Positions 20,623 through 30,485 of a stretch of DNA of 35,119 bases are shown here, in pieces. The position numbers and the translations under genes were made by a program. Under the pieces are notes generated by a model. It saw nothing but the letters and a program-made list of their open reading frames with translations. It was not told where the DNA came from and did not search any database. Positions within the stretch are counted from its first letter, which is position 1; every line of letters begins with the position of its first letter. This DNA is from Myxococcota bacterium (lineage in GTDB: Bacteria > Myxococcota > XYA12-FULL-58-9 > JABJBS01), in the NCBI GenBank assembly GCA_036339465.1, contig JAYZAY010000040.1, positions 1 to 35,119 on the forward strand. The letters run 5' to 3'.

Positions 20623-22043
20623 GATGGATTATCGCTTTCAAAGGGTAGTTTCTTTTGGAGAGATTTCGTCCAGCTTCCACCTAAAGCTCGGCAGAGTTGT
20701 ACGCGATAGGAACGGACCTGCTTTTGACTCATCACGACATTCTTCTCTATTCGTTGCAATGTGCCCAATGCGCTGAGCACCGGAAGAAATTCGCTAAGCC
20801 CTGCCAAGTATCTTTCACGTGCTTCTTCTAAGGCACTTGCAGCATAATCACGTTGCTTTTCTAAGAACTTTAACCTTTTCGTTTCATGCTCTTGATTACT
20901 CAGTGCATTTTCCACCTCGGCAATGGCCTTCAAAACGGAATGACTAAAAAGGTGAATCTGCTCCTGAAGCGCTGCCTCCGCCCTTGTTTGCTCAGCTTTT
21001 AAGGCACCTCCCTGAAAAAGAGGTTGTGTGATATTTCCTAAGACACTGTAAATCACTTGGTCAAAAAGCTCGGTAAAACTTGCCGCCGAAACACCAACAT
21101 TGGCGGTAATTTTTAGGGTGGGAAACCTATTTGTAAGAGCAATGCCAACCCGCGCATCCGCAGCTATCACACTCCTCTCAGCACTTCTTACATCAGGACG
21201 ATTCTTGACCAGATCAGCAGGAACACCCGTAGCTGGGATAGGTGGTAAATCAGGAAGAGCTATTCCGGGTCTATAACGAAGCTGGCCTGGTGCCTTGCCT
21301 ACCAAAACGGCCAAACGGTTTTTGTGAAGCTTCGACAGGCGCTCGGCCTCCTCTATCTGAGCACGACTCTGCTCAACCTGCTGCCTCAGATTAAACACGT
21401 CCGATGCGTTTGCGAGTCCTTCCGAAAAACGAACATCAATAAGTTCGAGATAGGTTTTGTTTGTGTCAAGTTGACTATTTAGGAGTCTTAGTTGCGCTTG
21501 TTGTGCCATCCAACCGAACCAAGCCTCGGTCACTTCCGCAGCCAAAGTCATAGCCACCGACTCTAAACTATCGCGAGTCGATGCCAAATCCATTGCTGCA
21601 GCTTGTCGCTGGTTACTCAGTTTCCCCCAAACATCTAACTCATAGCTCGCTTGAAGTGAACCATTGATAACATCCGTTTCTGGGAAAAATCGATTTTGTT
21701 TCGCACGTCCCGCCGCAAAGCTGGCATTGATTGAGGGCCACCATGTTGCATTGGCTTGATCCATCATCGTTTCTGCCTGCTTCAGCCTCGACCAGGTAGA
21801 AAGTAATTGTTGGTTGTCGGTAAGGGCTTCAGCCATGATTTCGTTTAGAGATGCGTCCTTAAATGCAATCCACCATTTATCATCAGCCATTTCTTTTTGG
21901 TTTCCTGAAACAAAATTCTCAGGAAAGGGATTCAGTGGTTTCGGGGTCAAATCAAGGTTGTGGAGGCAGCCTGACAAGGTGAGTCCGAGAATAACAAGGG
22001 ATTTTCCGCGAATGACTCGACTTAGTCGGTGATTGGTTCTCAT
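20619..22043 (-). CDS. Outer-membrane efflux lipoprotein (OprM/NodT/TolC family)
   Basis: Lipobox LSGC, WWxxFxD, SYELDVWGK, RPDVRSAE, RALGGSW. Confidence 0.95.
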   Translation of the reverse strand: MRTNHRLSRVIRGKSLVILGLTLSGCLHNLDLTPKPLNPFPENFVSGNQKEMADDKWWIAFKDASLNEIMAEALTDNQQLLSTWSRLKQAETMMDQANATWWPSINASFAAGRAKQNRFFPETDVINGSLQASYELDVWGKLSNQRQAAAMDLASTRDSLESVAMTLAAEVTEAWFGWMAQQAQLRLLNSQLDTNKTYLELIDVRFSEGLANASDVFNLRQQVEQSRAQIEEAERLSKLHKNRLAVLVGKAPGQLRYRPGIALPDLPPIPATGVPADLVKNRPDVRSAERSVIAADARVGIALTNRFPTLKITANVGVSAASFTELFDQVIYSVLGNITQPLFQGGALKAEQTRAEAALQEQIHLFSHSVLKAIAEVENALSNQEHETKRLKFLEKQRDYAASALEEARERYLAGLSEFLPVLSALGTLQRIEKNVVMSQKQVRSYRVQLCRALGGSWTKSLQKKLPFESDNPS

Positions 22044-22636
22044 CTATCTTCCTTTGGAGAGAGAGCGCGCCAGGTGATGTTCACAAGGTCTTGGAGATAC
22101 GCTTCATCGCTTTCAGTTATAAAGACATCTCGAATGATGTGTCGACGAAAGCTGCGGGTTTGTAGGGCCCCAATGAAAGCAATGGAGATGGTTTCGGCAT
22201 TTTCTTTCGCTTCTATGATTTCATTGTTTTGTAAGGCTTCAATCCATTTTTGAATGGCCTTCCGAACCCGAATGGGTGGAGCGTCTTCGGAGAGTGCTTC
22301 CGGTTTGCGAATACCTGCCGCATGCATCGCCGACCAACAGGGCACCATTTGGTCAAAGAATGCGTGCATCTTGTGGCCGAGCAAAAGTAGTTGCTCCTTC
22401 GGGTTTTTCAAATCTGCTTCCTTTTCGAGGACCTTTAGGAGCGCCGCTACTTGAATGGGCAGAAGCAGGGCCTTTTTAAGCAAACCAAATTTATTGCCAA
22501 ATCGTTTAAAAAGCGTGGCCTGTGAGATGCCCAGTTGGTTGGCAATGATTTGGGTAGACACCGATGGACCTTCTTCAAGGATGCACGTGCGCGCCGTTTC
22601 TAAAATTTCTTCGTCGCTGACAGTTCTCGGCCGCAT
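22040..22636 (-). CDS. TetR/AcrR-family repressor heading the efflux operon
   Basis: MRPRTVSDEEIL..., HTH IANQLGISQATLFKRFGNK. Confidence 0.93.
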   Translation of the reverse strand: MRPRTVSDEEILETARTCILEEGPSVSTQIIANQLGISQATLFKRFGNKFGLLKKALLLPIQVAALLKVLEKEADLKNPKEQLLLLGHKMHAFFDQMVPCWSAMHAAGIRKPEALSEDAPPIRVRKAIQKWIEALQNNEIIEAKENAETISIAFIGALQTRSFRRHIIRDVFITESDEAYLQDLVNITWRALSPKEDR

Positions 22637-22654
22637 GCTCTTTACACCCCCGCC

Positions 22655-22702
22655 CTAGTAAGTAAGCACGCACTTACTAGTGCGTGACAAAGCCACGGTC
22701 AA
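22655..22702 (-). promoter_or_regulatory. Putative promoter and TetR operator of the efflux operon
   Basis: Perfect inverted repeat CTAGTAAGT-N8-ACTTACTAG (22655-22680) overlapping a TTGACC-N17-TAGTAA promoter-like element on the minus strand. Confidence 0.7.
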
Positions 22703-22769
22703 GTCACCCCTGCATAAACACAAAACTTCTCACAATTACAAAACCTTAATACATCCAATAGCCGGCTTG

Positions 22770-23100
22770 CCCACTTGATATTGAAGATCAATACAGAACG
22801 TCATCTTTATTGGGGGGAGAAACCCATAATGAGGAAGTCCTGAAGTTCCGGAAAATAGCACAATCTTCTCGTCCCATAGGGTTTTCGTGTTCCTGCGCTT
22901 GCCAAAAATTAAGATCAGATAGTGGTCCGCACCATCCACCCGCACCACTATCCACGGAAACCGAAATCTTCCGGAAGTCCCTGCCGGCCGATTCAAGCAT
23001 CAGTGCTAATCCTATCAATTTCACCTGCTCCCAACATCGCACTGAGCTCATCGCAGCTGTTACCCATCTCACAGAGTCTTAAACATTCGACGAGCCTAAA
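22770..23100 (-). pseudogene. C-type lectin-like domain remnant
   Basis: DA*IG (WIG), RVDG, NFWQAQEHENPMGREDCA, SLW, final FC spread over three frames. Confidence 0.5.
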
Positions 23101-23292
23101 GACTGTGCTTTAGAGCCAGCCCACTTCTAGCTCCATAAACAACCGCATGCTTTCCATCTCCATAGAACTCATAAATGGAGCTGGCGCGAGTTATCTGAGC
23201 GCTCTTCAAATTTATGGGTGCGCCACCCGTTCACCGTATCATCAGAGTAAAAATACTTGCATCTACACCTTCTGACACCATAAACTTTTCGA

Positions 23293-24165
23293 ATGGATTC
23301 GTTAAAAGAGATACATGTCGGCATCATTGAGGACAACCACGCTGCTCGGGCTGCGCTAAAAGCAGTGCTCCATGGCTTAGAAACCCACGATCGAGAGTTT
23401 CGGGTGCATGCAGGTGAATTTCCCAGCAGCGAAGCTCTCTTCCAAGAGCTAGCTCAAGGATATGACGCAGCCATCTACTTTGTGGATATTCATCTTCCTG
23501 GTGTAAATGGTCTAGAGCTAGCAGTTAATATCAAACAAAACGCCCCACAGAGCCAGATAATATTTCTGAGCAATGACATGAATTCGGAAATAGATGAAAT
23601 GTATAAGGAGCTGGGCGATGACTTCATGTATTACCAAAAGCCAATGATGTATTTCGAGATCATTTCCGCTGTGAATTATGGAATTACTGCTTGGAAAAAT
23701 TCACTTGCACATAACTTACTCTTCAACATTGGCGCCCACCACACCGATGGTTTCGAGTGGATTCAAAAAATAAATGAGATCGTTGCTTTTGGTAACATCT
23801 TCTCTAGCGGTGACCTACCTGAAGTAACACCCAGTGTGACATCTATATTTGAAGGCCTGAGTTGCGCAGGGGTGCTGCTAACCAAAGGGGAACAACCATA
23901 CGAGGCAAAAGATCCAGATGACTTAATGCCTATTTGGAGCTCAGAGACCTCAAAAAGCGGCGATCTAGCACAGCGATTTTTGGACGCGAAGGACTCCGCA
24001 AAGAGCACTATCACTGGAGAGGAGACGTCCACCATATTTGATCCCAACTTTATTCTATTAAGGCTTCAAGGAAGTTGGCTCGTTTTCTTACCTATCGGCA
24101 AGTTTACTCCATTGATGTGCGTCAACCTCGAGAGTCTTTACACTCTATTAAATTATCCCGGATAG
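23293..24165 (+). CDS. Response regulator (receiver domain plus unrecognised C-terminal domain)
   Basis: IIED, VDIHLPGVNGLEL, IIFLS, QKP receiver motifs. Confidence 0.85.
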   Translation: MDSLKEIHVGIIEDNHAARAALKAVLHGLETHDREFRVHAGEFPSSEALFQELAQGYDAAIYFVDIHLPGVNGLELAVNIKQNAPQSQIIFLSNDMNSEIDEMYKELGDDFMYYQKPMMYFEIISAVNYGITAWKNSLAHNLLFNIGAHHTDGFEWIQKINEIVAFGNIFSSGDLPEVTPSVTSIFEGLSCAGVLLTKGEQPYEAKDPDDLMPIWSSETSKSGDLAQRFLDAKDSAKSTITGEETSTIFDPNFILLRLQGSWLVFLPIGKFTPLMCVNLESLYTLLNYPG

Positions 24166-24184
24166 ACAGCCGAATTTTGATACA

Positions 24185-24204
24185 CGGTACCGCAGTAGGT
24201 ACCG
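24185..24204. terminator. Small hairpin 3' of the response regulator
   Basis: CGGTACC-GCAGTA-GGTACCG. Confidence 0.3.
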
Positions 24205-24387
24205 ACCCAAAAGTGTGCTCATCTTTTCTTATGTCGCTTCAGTTCCGGTAAATGACATTCCCGCTAAATTAGAAAGCCAACCGGTTGTAAGTTGTATCAC
24301 TTTACAACGCAAATTATCCCCGAAATAAGGACTTTATACAGGACTATAGAGAAACTGTTTCTAGAAAACAAACAATGCCCCGTGCGA

Positions 24388-25458
24388 TCAGTAAACCGAA
24401 GTGGGGCAATACCCAACCAATTCGATATAAGCACGCCCTGTGGCAGCACCACCAACAATGGCGGCACCTTCCCAGTAAGTTTTCTCTCGGCTGACCAATT
24501 CTTGATCATCCATCACCGGAGTAATCGTATAGGTTTTACCGTTGATTTCTAGGTCCCAGCCCATAGGATAAACACAACCGCTAGTTGGACTCTCCCAAGT
24601 CCCCTTAGGGATAATAGTAATGTTGCTTTCATCGAGGTCCTTCGTATTACATTCAGAATCATTGATGGAACCTGCAAACATCAAAGGTTGGTTTTCCTTG
24701 TGAACTCGGGTGGCCATAATATCCGTACCATCATCTAGTTGGAGTGCAAACCAATCCCAACCAGAATCTGTCGCATTCCCCAAACTACCCCATTGATGGT
24801 CGAACCAAGCGGTTCCTACCACTCTATGCGACTCTCCATCAATCTTAATTGTGCCAATAGCTTCCATTCGAGGGCGTGTATAATAGTAGGTATAACCACC
24901 AAAAGGATAATCGTGATAACCATTACCATGTTGTAAAACAGGACGCTTGGTGTTCAACAATTCCAAATCAAGGGTCGAACTGGGCAACTCCCCATGGATA
25001 ACATCGTGACCATCTGCCCCTTTCATAGAAAACGCCCCAACCGTGAAGTCGAATCCTTTTTGCTCCGCCTTTTGCAGGTAAGGTGCAAATTTTACATCAT
25101 ATTCAAATTTTTGATTCTGAATATCCGTAAGCGCGTGATGAGACATAAGGATATTTCCCATGGAGCCCGTAGAGATTAAGAAAACAACCATCTCGAAACC
25201 AAACCATCGCTGATCCTCCGTTTTCAAGTGGCCCGTCCAATACCACCACTCCAGAGCTTCCTCATGTGGTAATTCGTCAATCGCAAAATCGACTTTTCCA
25301 TCCAACGGCTCTTTACAACTGTTGGTGGCATTGACGTTTTGCTCCAATTCGGAAGCAGAGCCACCTTCCTGATTTAAGCCATCATTGCCGCATGACCATT
25401 GAAAGGTCACAACAAATAATGCCACCGCGGCAAGAATGGTTCGGATTTGGTATTTCAT
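24388..25458 (-). CDS. CrtC/AttH-like lipocalin-fold lipoprotein (secreted hydrolase)
   Basis: EWWYWTGHL, YYYTRPR, AWFDHQW, GWDWFALQLDDG, DQEL, YWEG, GRAYIELVGY; lipobox QWSC; start at ATG 25458 after GGGAG. Confidence 0.88.
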   Translation of the reverse strand: MKYQIRTILAAVALFVVTFQWSCGNDGLNQEGGSASELEQNVNATNSCKEPLDGKVDFAIDELPHEEALEWWYWTGHLKTEDQRWFGFEMVVFLISTGSMGNILMSHHALTDIQNQKFEYDVKFAPYLQKAEQKGFDFTVGAFSMKGADGHDVIHGELPSSTLDLELLNTKRPVLQHGNGYHDYPFGGYTYYYTRPRMEAIGTIKIDGESHRVVGTAWFDHQWGSLGNATDSGWDWFALQLDDGTDIMATRVHKENQPLMFAGSINDSECNTKDLDESNITIIPKGTWESPTSGCVYPMGWDLEINGKTYTITPVMDDQELVSREKTYWEGAAIVGGAATGRAYIELVGYCPTSVY

Positions 25459-25880
25459 GATAGTCTCCCTCAATTATCACAAGGAGACGCTATCTCACAG
25501 CCGACAAGAAAGGGGAATAGATTCAACCCATCGACGAAAGGTAATTTTCGAACCCTCAAGGTCATTTTTAGGGAATATGCATGTGCTACCTCAAAAAAGC
25601 CCAAGATCCGGGCTCATCGATAGTCGCAAACTTAGATTTCGTCTGAAGTAACCAGAAAGACCGGGTGCTCCATGCGCACAATCTTCATCCACCCTACTTC
25701 TTCCATCGGTACATACCCACATTTTATTCTCAGCCGAGAAGGCCTTGTCACACCCACAGAAACCTTCGCACCGCCCCCCACCCCACAAATTCAGTGCCCT
25801 TCGAAAAGAGAAGCGCTCTGAATATCTTCTTGAGCACCCTCACCCTGGCAAAACTCCCACAGCGGAAATGGAAACCGTCC

Positions 25881-26387
25881 TTATGGACCTTCAGCACCCA
25901 CCCCAAACCTTTTCGGATACACCGTAGAAATCTTGGATATCCGGTCATAGAGTAAAATACTGCCTGCCACCGAGACATTGAGACTAAAATTCCCCGGTAA
26001 TTGAACAAGCTCGTGACATTGTCCCATGGTCTTTTCAGACAAACCAACCTGCTCATTACCCAGAAGATAAGCTGCCCGCTCTGGATGACGATACTCACCT
26101 AGGGCAATGGCTGCATCGGTCAATTCAACACCAATCAGTTTTGTTGAATGGGGTAGGTTTTGCTTCAAAGCATCCAGATCTTCATAATGGTAAAGGGGAA
26201 TTTTCGTCCACGCCTTTGTTACATCGCTACTTTGATTTTTATAGCGCCGCGCTACCGTAAAAATGAAAGACGCCCCCAAGATAAAGGCAGATCGCCACAG
26301 GGTTCCTACGTTAATCTCATCGGTGCCATTAAGAATGCCCACACCAAAAAATCCATCTTCTTCATAGGTTTGCCTAATTCGTGCCAT
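25881..26387 (-). CDS. SpoU/TrmH-family RNA methyltransferase
   Basis: NVGTLWRSA, YLLGNEQVGLS, SLNVSVAGSILLYDR SPOUT motifs; start placed at ATG 26387. Confidence 0.93.
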   Translation of the reverse strand: MARIRQTYEEDGFFGVGILNGTDEINVGTLWRSAFILGASFIFTVARRYKNQSSDVTKAWTKIPLYHYEDLDALKQNLPHSTKLIGVELTDAAIALGEYRHPERAAYLLGNEQVGLSEKTMGQCHELVQLPGNFSLNVSVAGSILLYDRISKISTVYPKRFGVGAEGP

Positions 26388-27078
26388 AGCAAGCTTTGTT
26401 AACAAAATTATTTCTGTACACAAACACGAAAACACACAACCGTTGCCCAGATCCCAATTTAATCAATTTCATCAACCTCGAAACAAGCCCCAAAAAAGAC
26501 AGGTCGCTCCCATCAAGGAATAGATCAACATCCAAAATCCCACCAAAAACAACATCTCTACTGTACCCGTAATCGGCAATGCCCCATCCACCAACATCAC
26601 CCCTAAACGTCCCCAGATGGTAATCCCAACAAGCGCAAAAATCCGGGTGGAATACCCATGAAGTACCGTAGGTTGATGGCGTTTCGAGAAAAATCGGTTG
26701 AGTGGCCATAGGTAAAGGAAAAGAGTAAAAAGAGTGCAACTCCTTGCCAAGAAAGCACCGCAAGACGACCTTCTCGTAAGGATATTTCCCAGAGCGTTCA
26801 CTCAAAAATGAATCGCACCCAAGAAACCGACCACAGTGTGGAAGCTACCCCCAAGGATACTGGCTTTGCCATTCCGAACCCGAAAGACGCACGTTTGACA
26901 CCAACAGCCTTCTCCACACTCCTAAAACGCATTAAATGAGGTTATAACTGCACCTCAAACCTAAAATACCTCTACAATCGATTTAGAGACTCAGGCAGAA
27001 CCTTGAAAGATTTTACCGTCTCACATATGCGCCCACCGAGCACATTGAGACTCGACAAAACGCCAAAGGATACATCAC

Positions 27079-27753
27079 ATGAAGCCTTGGAAATACCTCG
27101 ACAGTGGCCCAGTTCCTGGAAACGGAGGCACAATGGAGCTTCTCCGCAGAGACACTGAATATGCCATTCGAGTCGATGGGCAACATCTCATGGGCACACG
27201 GATGCATGGCTCGGAAGATGCACTCGCGGAACTGGCATTTTCTCAACTACAAAACACCTCCACAACCCGAATCTTGGTGGGCGGCCTCGGCATGGGCTTC
27301 ACTTTGGCAGCCACCTTGAAAGGGCTCCCCAGCAAAGGAGAAGCCGTCGTCGCAGAACTCGTTCCGTGCATCATAGAATGGAACCGAGGCGAACTCGGAA
27401 ATGCTGCTGGCCGGCCTCTGGAGGATCCACGCACCCGAGTCCATGAAGGAGATATCGTCCAACTCATTGGTCGCTCGGATAAAGAATGGGACGCCATTCT
27501 CCTCGATGTGGACAACGGCCCCTCCGGGCTAACCCACAACAACAATAACGCACTCTATTCTGCCAAGGGCCTCACAACAGCACGTAAAGCACTTAAACCA
27601 GGGGGCATACTCGGAGTCTGGTCTGCCTTCCCCGATGACAACTTTACCAGAGTATTTGAAAAATCAGGCTTCAAAGTGATGGTACACAAAGTCCGGGCTC
27701 GTCAAATCAAACGGGGGCACCGCCATATTGTCTGGACTGGACAAAGAACTTAA
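27079..27753 (+). CDS. Spermidine-synthase-like SAM-dependent methyltransferase
   Basis: HGSEDALA, LVGGLGMGFTL, DAILLDVDNGP, LKPGGILGVWSA; AAGGA RBS. Confidence 0.9.
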   Translation: MKPWKYLDSGPVPGNGGTMELLRRDTEYAIRVDGQHLMGTRMHGSEDALAELAFSQLQNTSTTRILVGGLGMGFTLAATLKGLPSKGEAVVAELVPCIIEWNRGELGNAAGRPLEDPRTRVHEGDIVQLIGRSDKEWDAILLDVDNGPSGLTHNNNNALYSAKGLTTARKALKPGGILGVWSAFPDDNFTRVFEKSGFKVMVHKVRARQIKRGHRHIVWTGQRT

Positions 27754-27769
27754 AAATTTCGGAAATAAT

Positions 27770-27796
27770 ATAAAACAGATAAAACACATAAAACAC
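27770..27796. repeat. 9-bp tandem repeat ATAAAACAS x3
   Basis: ATAAAACAG ATAAAACAC ATAAAACAC. Confidence 0.6.
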
Positions 27797-27899
27797 ATTC
27801 TCTGTCGTCAGCGCATTAGAAAAACCCATCCAAAGTAATTCGACAGAAAGGGCAAGTATCTAGATTTTTCGCTACGGATAGTCCCTAATAAACCAAGCA

Positions 27900-27928
27900 T
27901 TGACATAAATCATCGCTCAAAATACCAT
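27900..27928 (+). promoter_or_regulatory. Sigma-70-type promoter upstream of yheT
   Basis: TTGACA-N17-TACCAT. Confidence 0.6.
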
Positions 27929-27978
27929 AAAACCATACCCGCAATTCTCAAATTCGGATATCGTCTTGGATCGCATTC

Positions 27979-29103
27979 ATGCTATCACTAGAAATATCAT
28001 CAAAATATGATTATGGGGTCTACTCCATGAACACGACTCCCCCCCCATTTAGGCCCAGTTTACTTCTCCGAAATCGGCATATTCAAACCTGCTGGAGCAC
28101 CATTGCCAGAAAAAATTTACAGATCGACCTAAATTACGAGCGGGTGGAGTTGAAAGATAGGGACTTCATCGATTTAGCATGGACTCTGCCACAAAAAGGC
28201 CCCATCCTACTCATTTTACATGGCCTCGAAGGCTCCACCAAATCCCCTTATGCCCGAGGTCTACTAACGGCTGTGTCCGAAAATGGATGGCTGGGTGCTC
28301 TCATGCACTTTAGAGGATGTAGCGACACACCTAACCGCACCATGCGTGCCTATCATTCAGGAGAAACCGAAGACCTGAAAGAAGTTCTTAACCACATCAA
28401 GAAGCAATTTCCCCAAAGGCCTCTTCTAGCCTGTGGCTTCTCCCTCGGCGGAAATGTATTGCTTAAATATCTGGGGGAAAGTGGCCACAATACCCTCATC
28501 GATGCTGCTGTCGCTGTTTCGGTACCCTATTCATTGGGAAACTGCTCCGACCGCATCCATGAGGGCTTCTCTAGGATCTATGAACACCGTTTGCTCTCAT
28601 CCCTAAAAAGAGCCCTTCTCCACAAAATGGCTCGATTCAACCATTCTACCTATTTCGGACTTACACCGAAACTTATCCATAAACTGAGGTCGATCCGCGA
28701 ATTCGACGATGCCGTGGTGGCCCCTATGTACGGTTTTCTGAGTGCCAACGATTACTACAACCGCTGCAGCTCCAAACAATTTCTCAATGGCATTCGGCGC
28801 CCGACCCTCCTCATACATGCCAGCGACGACCCCTTTATGCCCTCAAATATCATTCCACATCAGTCGGACTTATCAGAGCATATAGAATTGGCCATAAGTC
28901 CCAGAGGAGGACACGTGGGCTTCATCGAAGGACAGCCATGGAATCCGAAATATTGGCTAGAAGAAAGAATTCCAAGATTTCTAAACGAGCAACTACCTAA
29001 GGAAATTTTAGGGGCGAAACAATCGAGCAACAAAAACAAACACCCGGCCCAAGCGCGTCCTGGGTCCAAAAGCGGGTGCCTAGATTCTAATCTCAACAAC
29101 TAA
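27979..29103 (+). CDS. yheT: YheT-family alpha/beta hydrolase
   Basis: HIQT, HGLEGS, YHSGETED, GFSLGGN (Ser), DDPF (Asp), GGHVGF (His); true start may be ATG 28027. Confidence 0.9.
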   Translation: MLSLEISSKYDYGVYSMNTTPPPFRPSLLLRNRHIQTCWSTIARKNLQIDLNYERVELKDRDFIDLAWTLPQKGPILLILHGLEGSTKSPYARGLLTAVSENGWLGALMHFRGCSDTPNRTMRAYHSGETEDLKEVLNHIKKQFPQRPLLACGFSLGGNVLLKYLGESGHNTLIDAAVAVSVPYSLGNCSDRIHEGFSRIYEHRLLSSLKRALLHKMARFNHSTYFGLTPKLIHKLRSIREFDDAVVAPMYGFLSANDYYNRCSSKQFLNGIRRPTLLIHASDDPFMPSNIIPHQSDLSEHIELAISPRGGHVGFIEGQPWNPKYWLEERIPRFLNEQLPKEILGAKQSSNKNKHPAQARPGSKSGCLDSNLNN

Positions 29104-29115
29104 GGCGTTTCGTAT

Positions 29116-29349
29116 TCAAGCTTCTTTTGGGCGTTCGTCTTCCGAAACAATCGTCGCCGTACCGATCTCGGCATCAAATGTAATAAAGGCGGTGCCACTC
29201 TTGAGTTGCCTCAAAACCGAATCAACCTTCGCTTCGAGGCCAACTTCAGAATGGCCATAGTCGGTACCTTCTCGAGTAACAAATTCTTCAATTAGACCAC
29301 GCAAGGCTTCTGGTTCGAGTTTGTCATAGGGAACTTTAATCATAGCCAA
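29116..29349 (-). CDS. yheU: YheU-family (UPF0270) protein
   Basis: LIEEFVTREGTDYG...LEAKVDSVLRQLKSG signature; start at TTG 29349 or ATG 29343. Confidence 0.92.
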   Translation of the reverse strand: MAMIKVPYDKLEPEALRGLIEEFVTREGTDYGHSEVGLEAKVDSVLRQLKSGTAFITFDAEIGTATIVSEDERPKEA

Positions 29350-29445
29350 ACCAACCTCTTTGGAACCAAAAAATTCAATCGAACTTTGTAAACAAATTCA
29401 CGCGCTCACCCTGAACTTATCTTCATTTTAATCTAAAGAACAAGC

Positions 29446-29775
29446 TTAGAAGCTCTTCCCAACCCGAAGATGACCCGCAGGGAATGCTCCCGCATCAGCC
29501 ATCACGTTACACATAGCATAACTAACGGCCACACTAAATTTCCCATACATAGAGCCAATGGGACCAAAACTAGAATTCCAGTTGTTGTGAGCGAATTCAT
29601 ATTTGCTCGGTTCATCCACCGGAACCAATTGCCCACCTATCTTTGAATACTTTTTATCTCCACACTTTTCATCCTCAGCCCAAGCAGGGCCCGCCGCGCC
29701 CAACCTTCTAAAAGCCATGACAAAGTCAACAAGGCTTGGGAGAGAGGAATAACCTCAACAAACAATGGGATTCAT
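29446..29775 (-). pseudogene. Collapsed outer-membrane beta-barrel remnant
   Basis: In-frame ATG 29775 interrupted by TGA; PAWA|EDE signal-peptidase-like site; C-terminal HLRVGKSF beta-signal; too short for a barrel. Confidence 0.45.
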
Positions 29776-30485
29776 AATACTATTCAAAAAAACAGAAACT
29801 ATGCGAATAACAACGATCTTAGATGTAGTCCCCAGTTGTAGCACTTCTAGCTAAGAGACCAACAATGTTTCTCTCGTCCCTCTCCCTTGAGAAACACTCC
29901 CAAGCCCTCATATATGCATGTAATTATGGAGCAAAATGGTCAAGATAACGACAAGGATGAAGGTTGTAGGGGCAATGGGGAGCAGCAAAGAGTGGAGATC
30001 AGAAGAGCAGGCGCAGGCTTCTACAATCCCGATGATACTCTACTATGTCGCAGAGTGACCCAGCCCCATCATACCAACGCCGCAAAACTGCAAAGCCGCA
30101 AATAGAAGGATACGATGATAATACTCGTTCCCAAAGAGACGGCTCCTACGTGGCTGGGAGTCCTATAAAAGAGCATGACACATTCTCAAAGAAGCCAGAA
30201 GCGTTGACTCCCGCCGCGATGAAGGATGAAGACTGCCGCAGAGCATTGGAATCGCGAGGTGATCCTAGCAGCGAGAAATCCACCACCTCCCCTCACACTT
30301 TCAAACCTTGGCGACACCCTATACCCCAACGTATCTACCTCTGCTTACTGCTCTTTGGTTGATCGCTAGGGCAACGTAACCACTGGCTAGAGAAAATAAA
30401 ACGCCCCGGTAAGTCAAGAGAACCTACCTGATTTGGTCAAAACAGAAAGGATTCTTGAATCAAATGCAGGGCCTATATTCTTATC

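Noticed and set aside
26374..26805. Two overlapping minus-strand ORFs, one hydrophobic
   Set aside because: No RBS or family motif; possibly a decayed membrane protein but unsupported
29750..29775. In-frame TGA after Cys (MNPIVC*) as possible selenocysteine
   Set aside because: Lies in a degraded signal peptide, with no redox motif or evident SECIS
29887..30362. Two short plus-strand ORFs
   Set aside because: Low complexity, no recognisable domain
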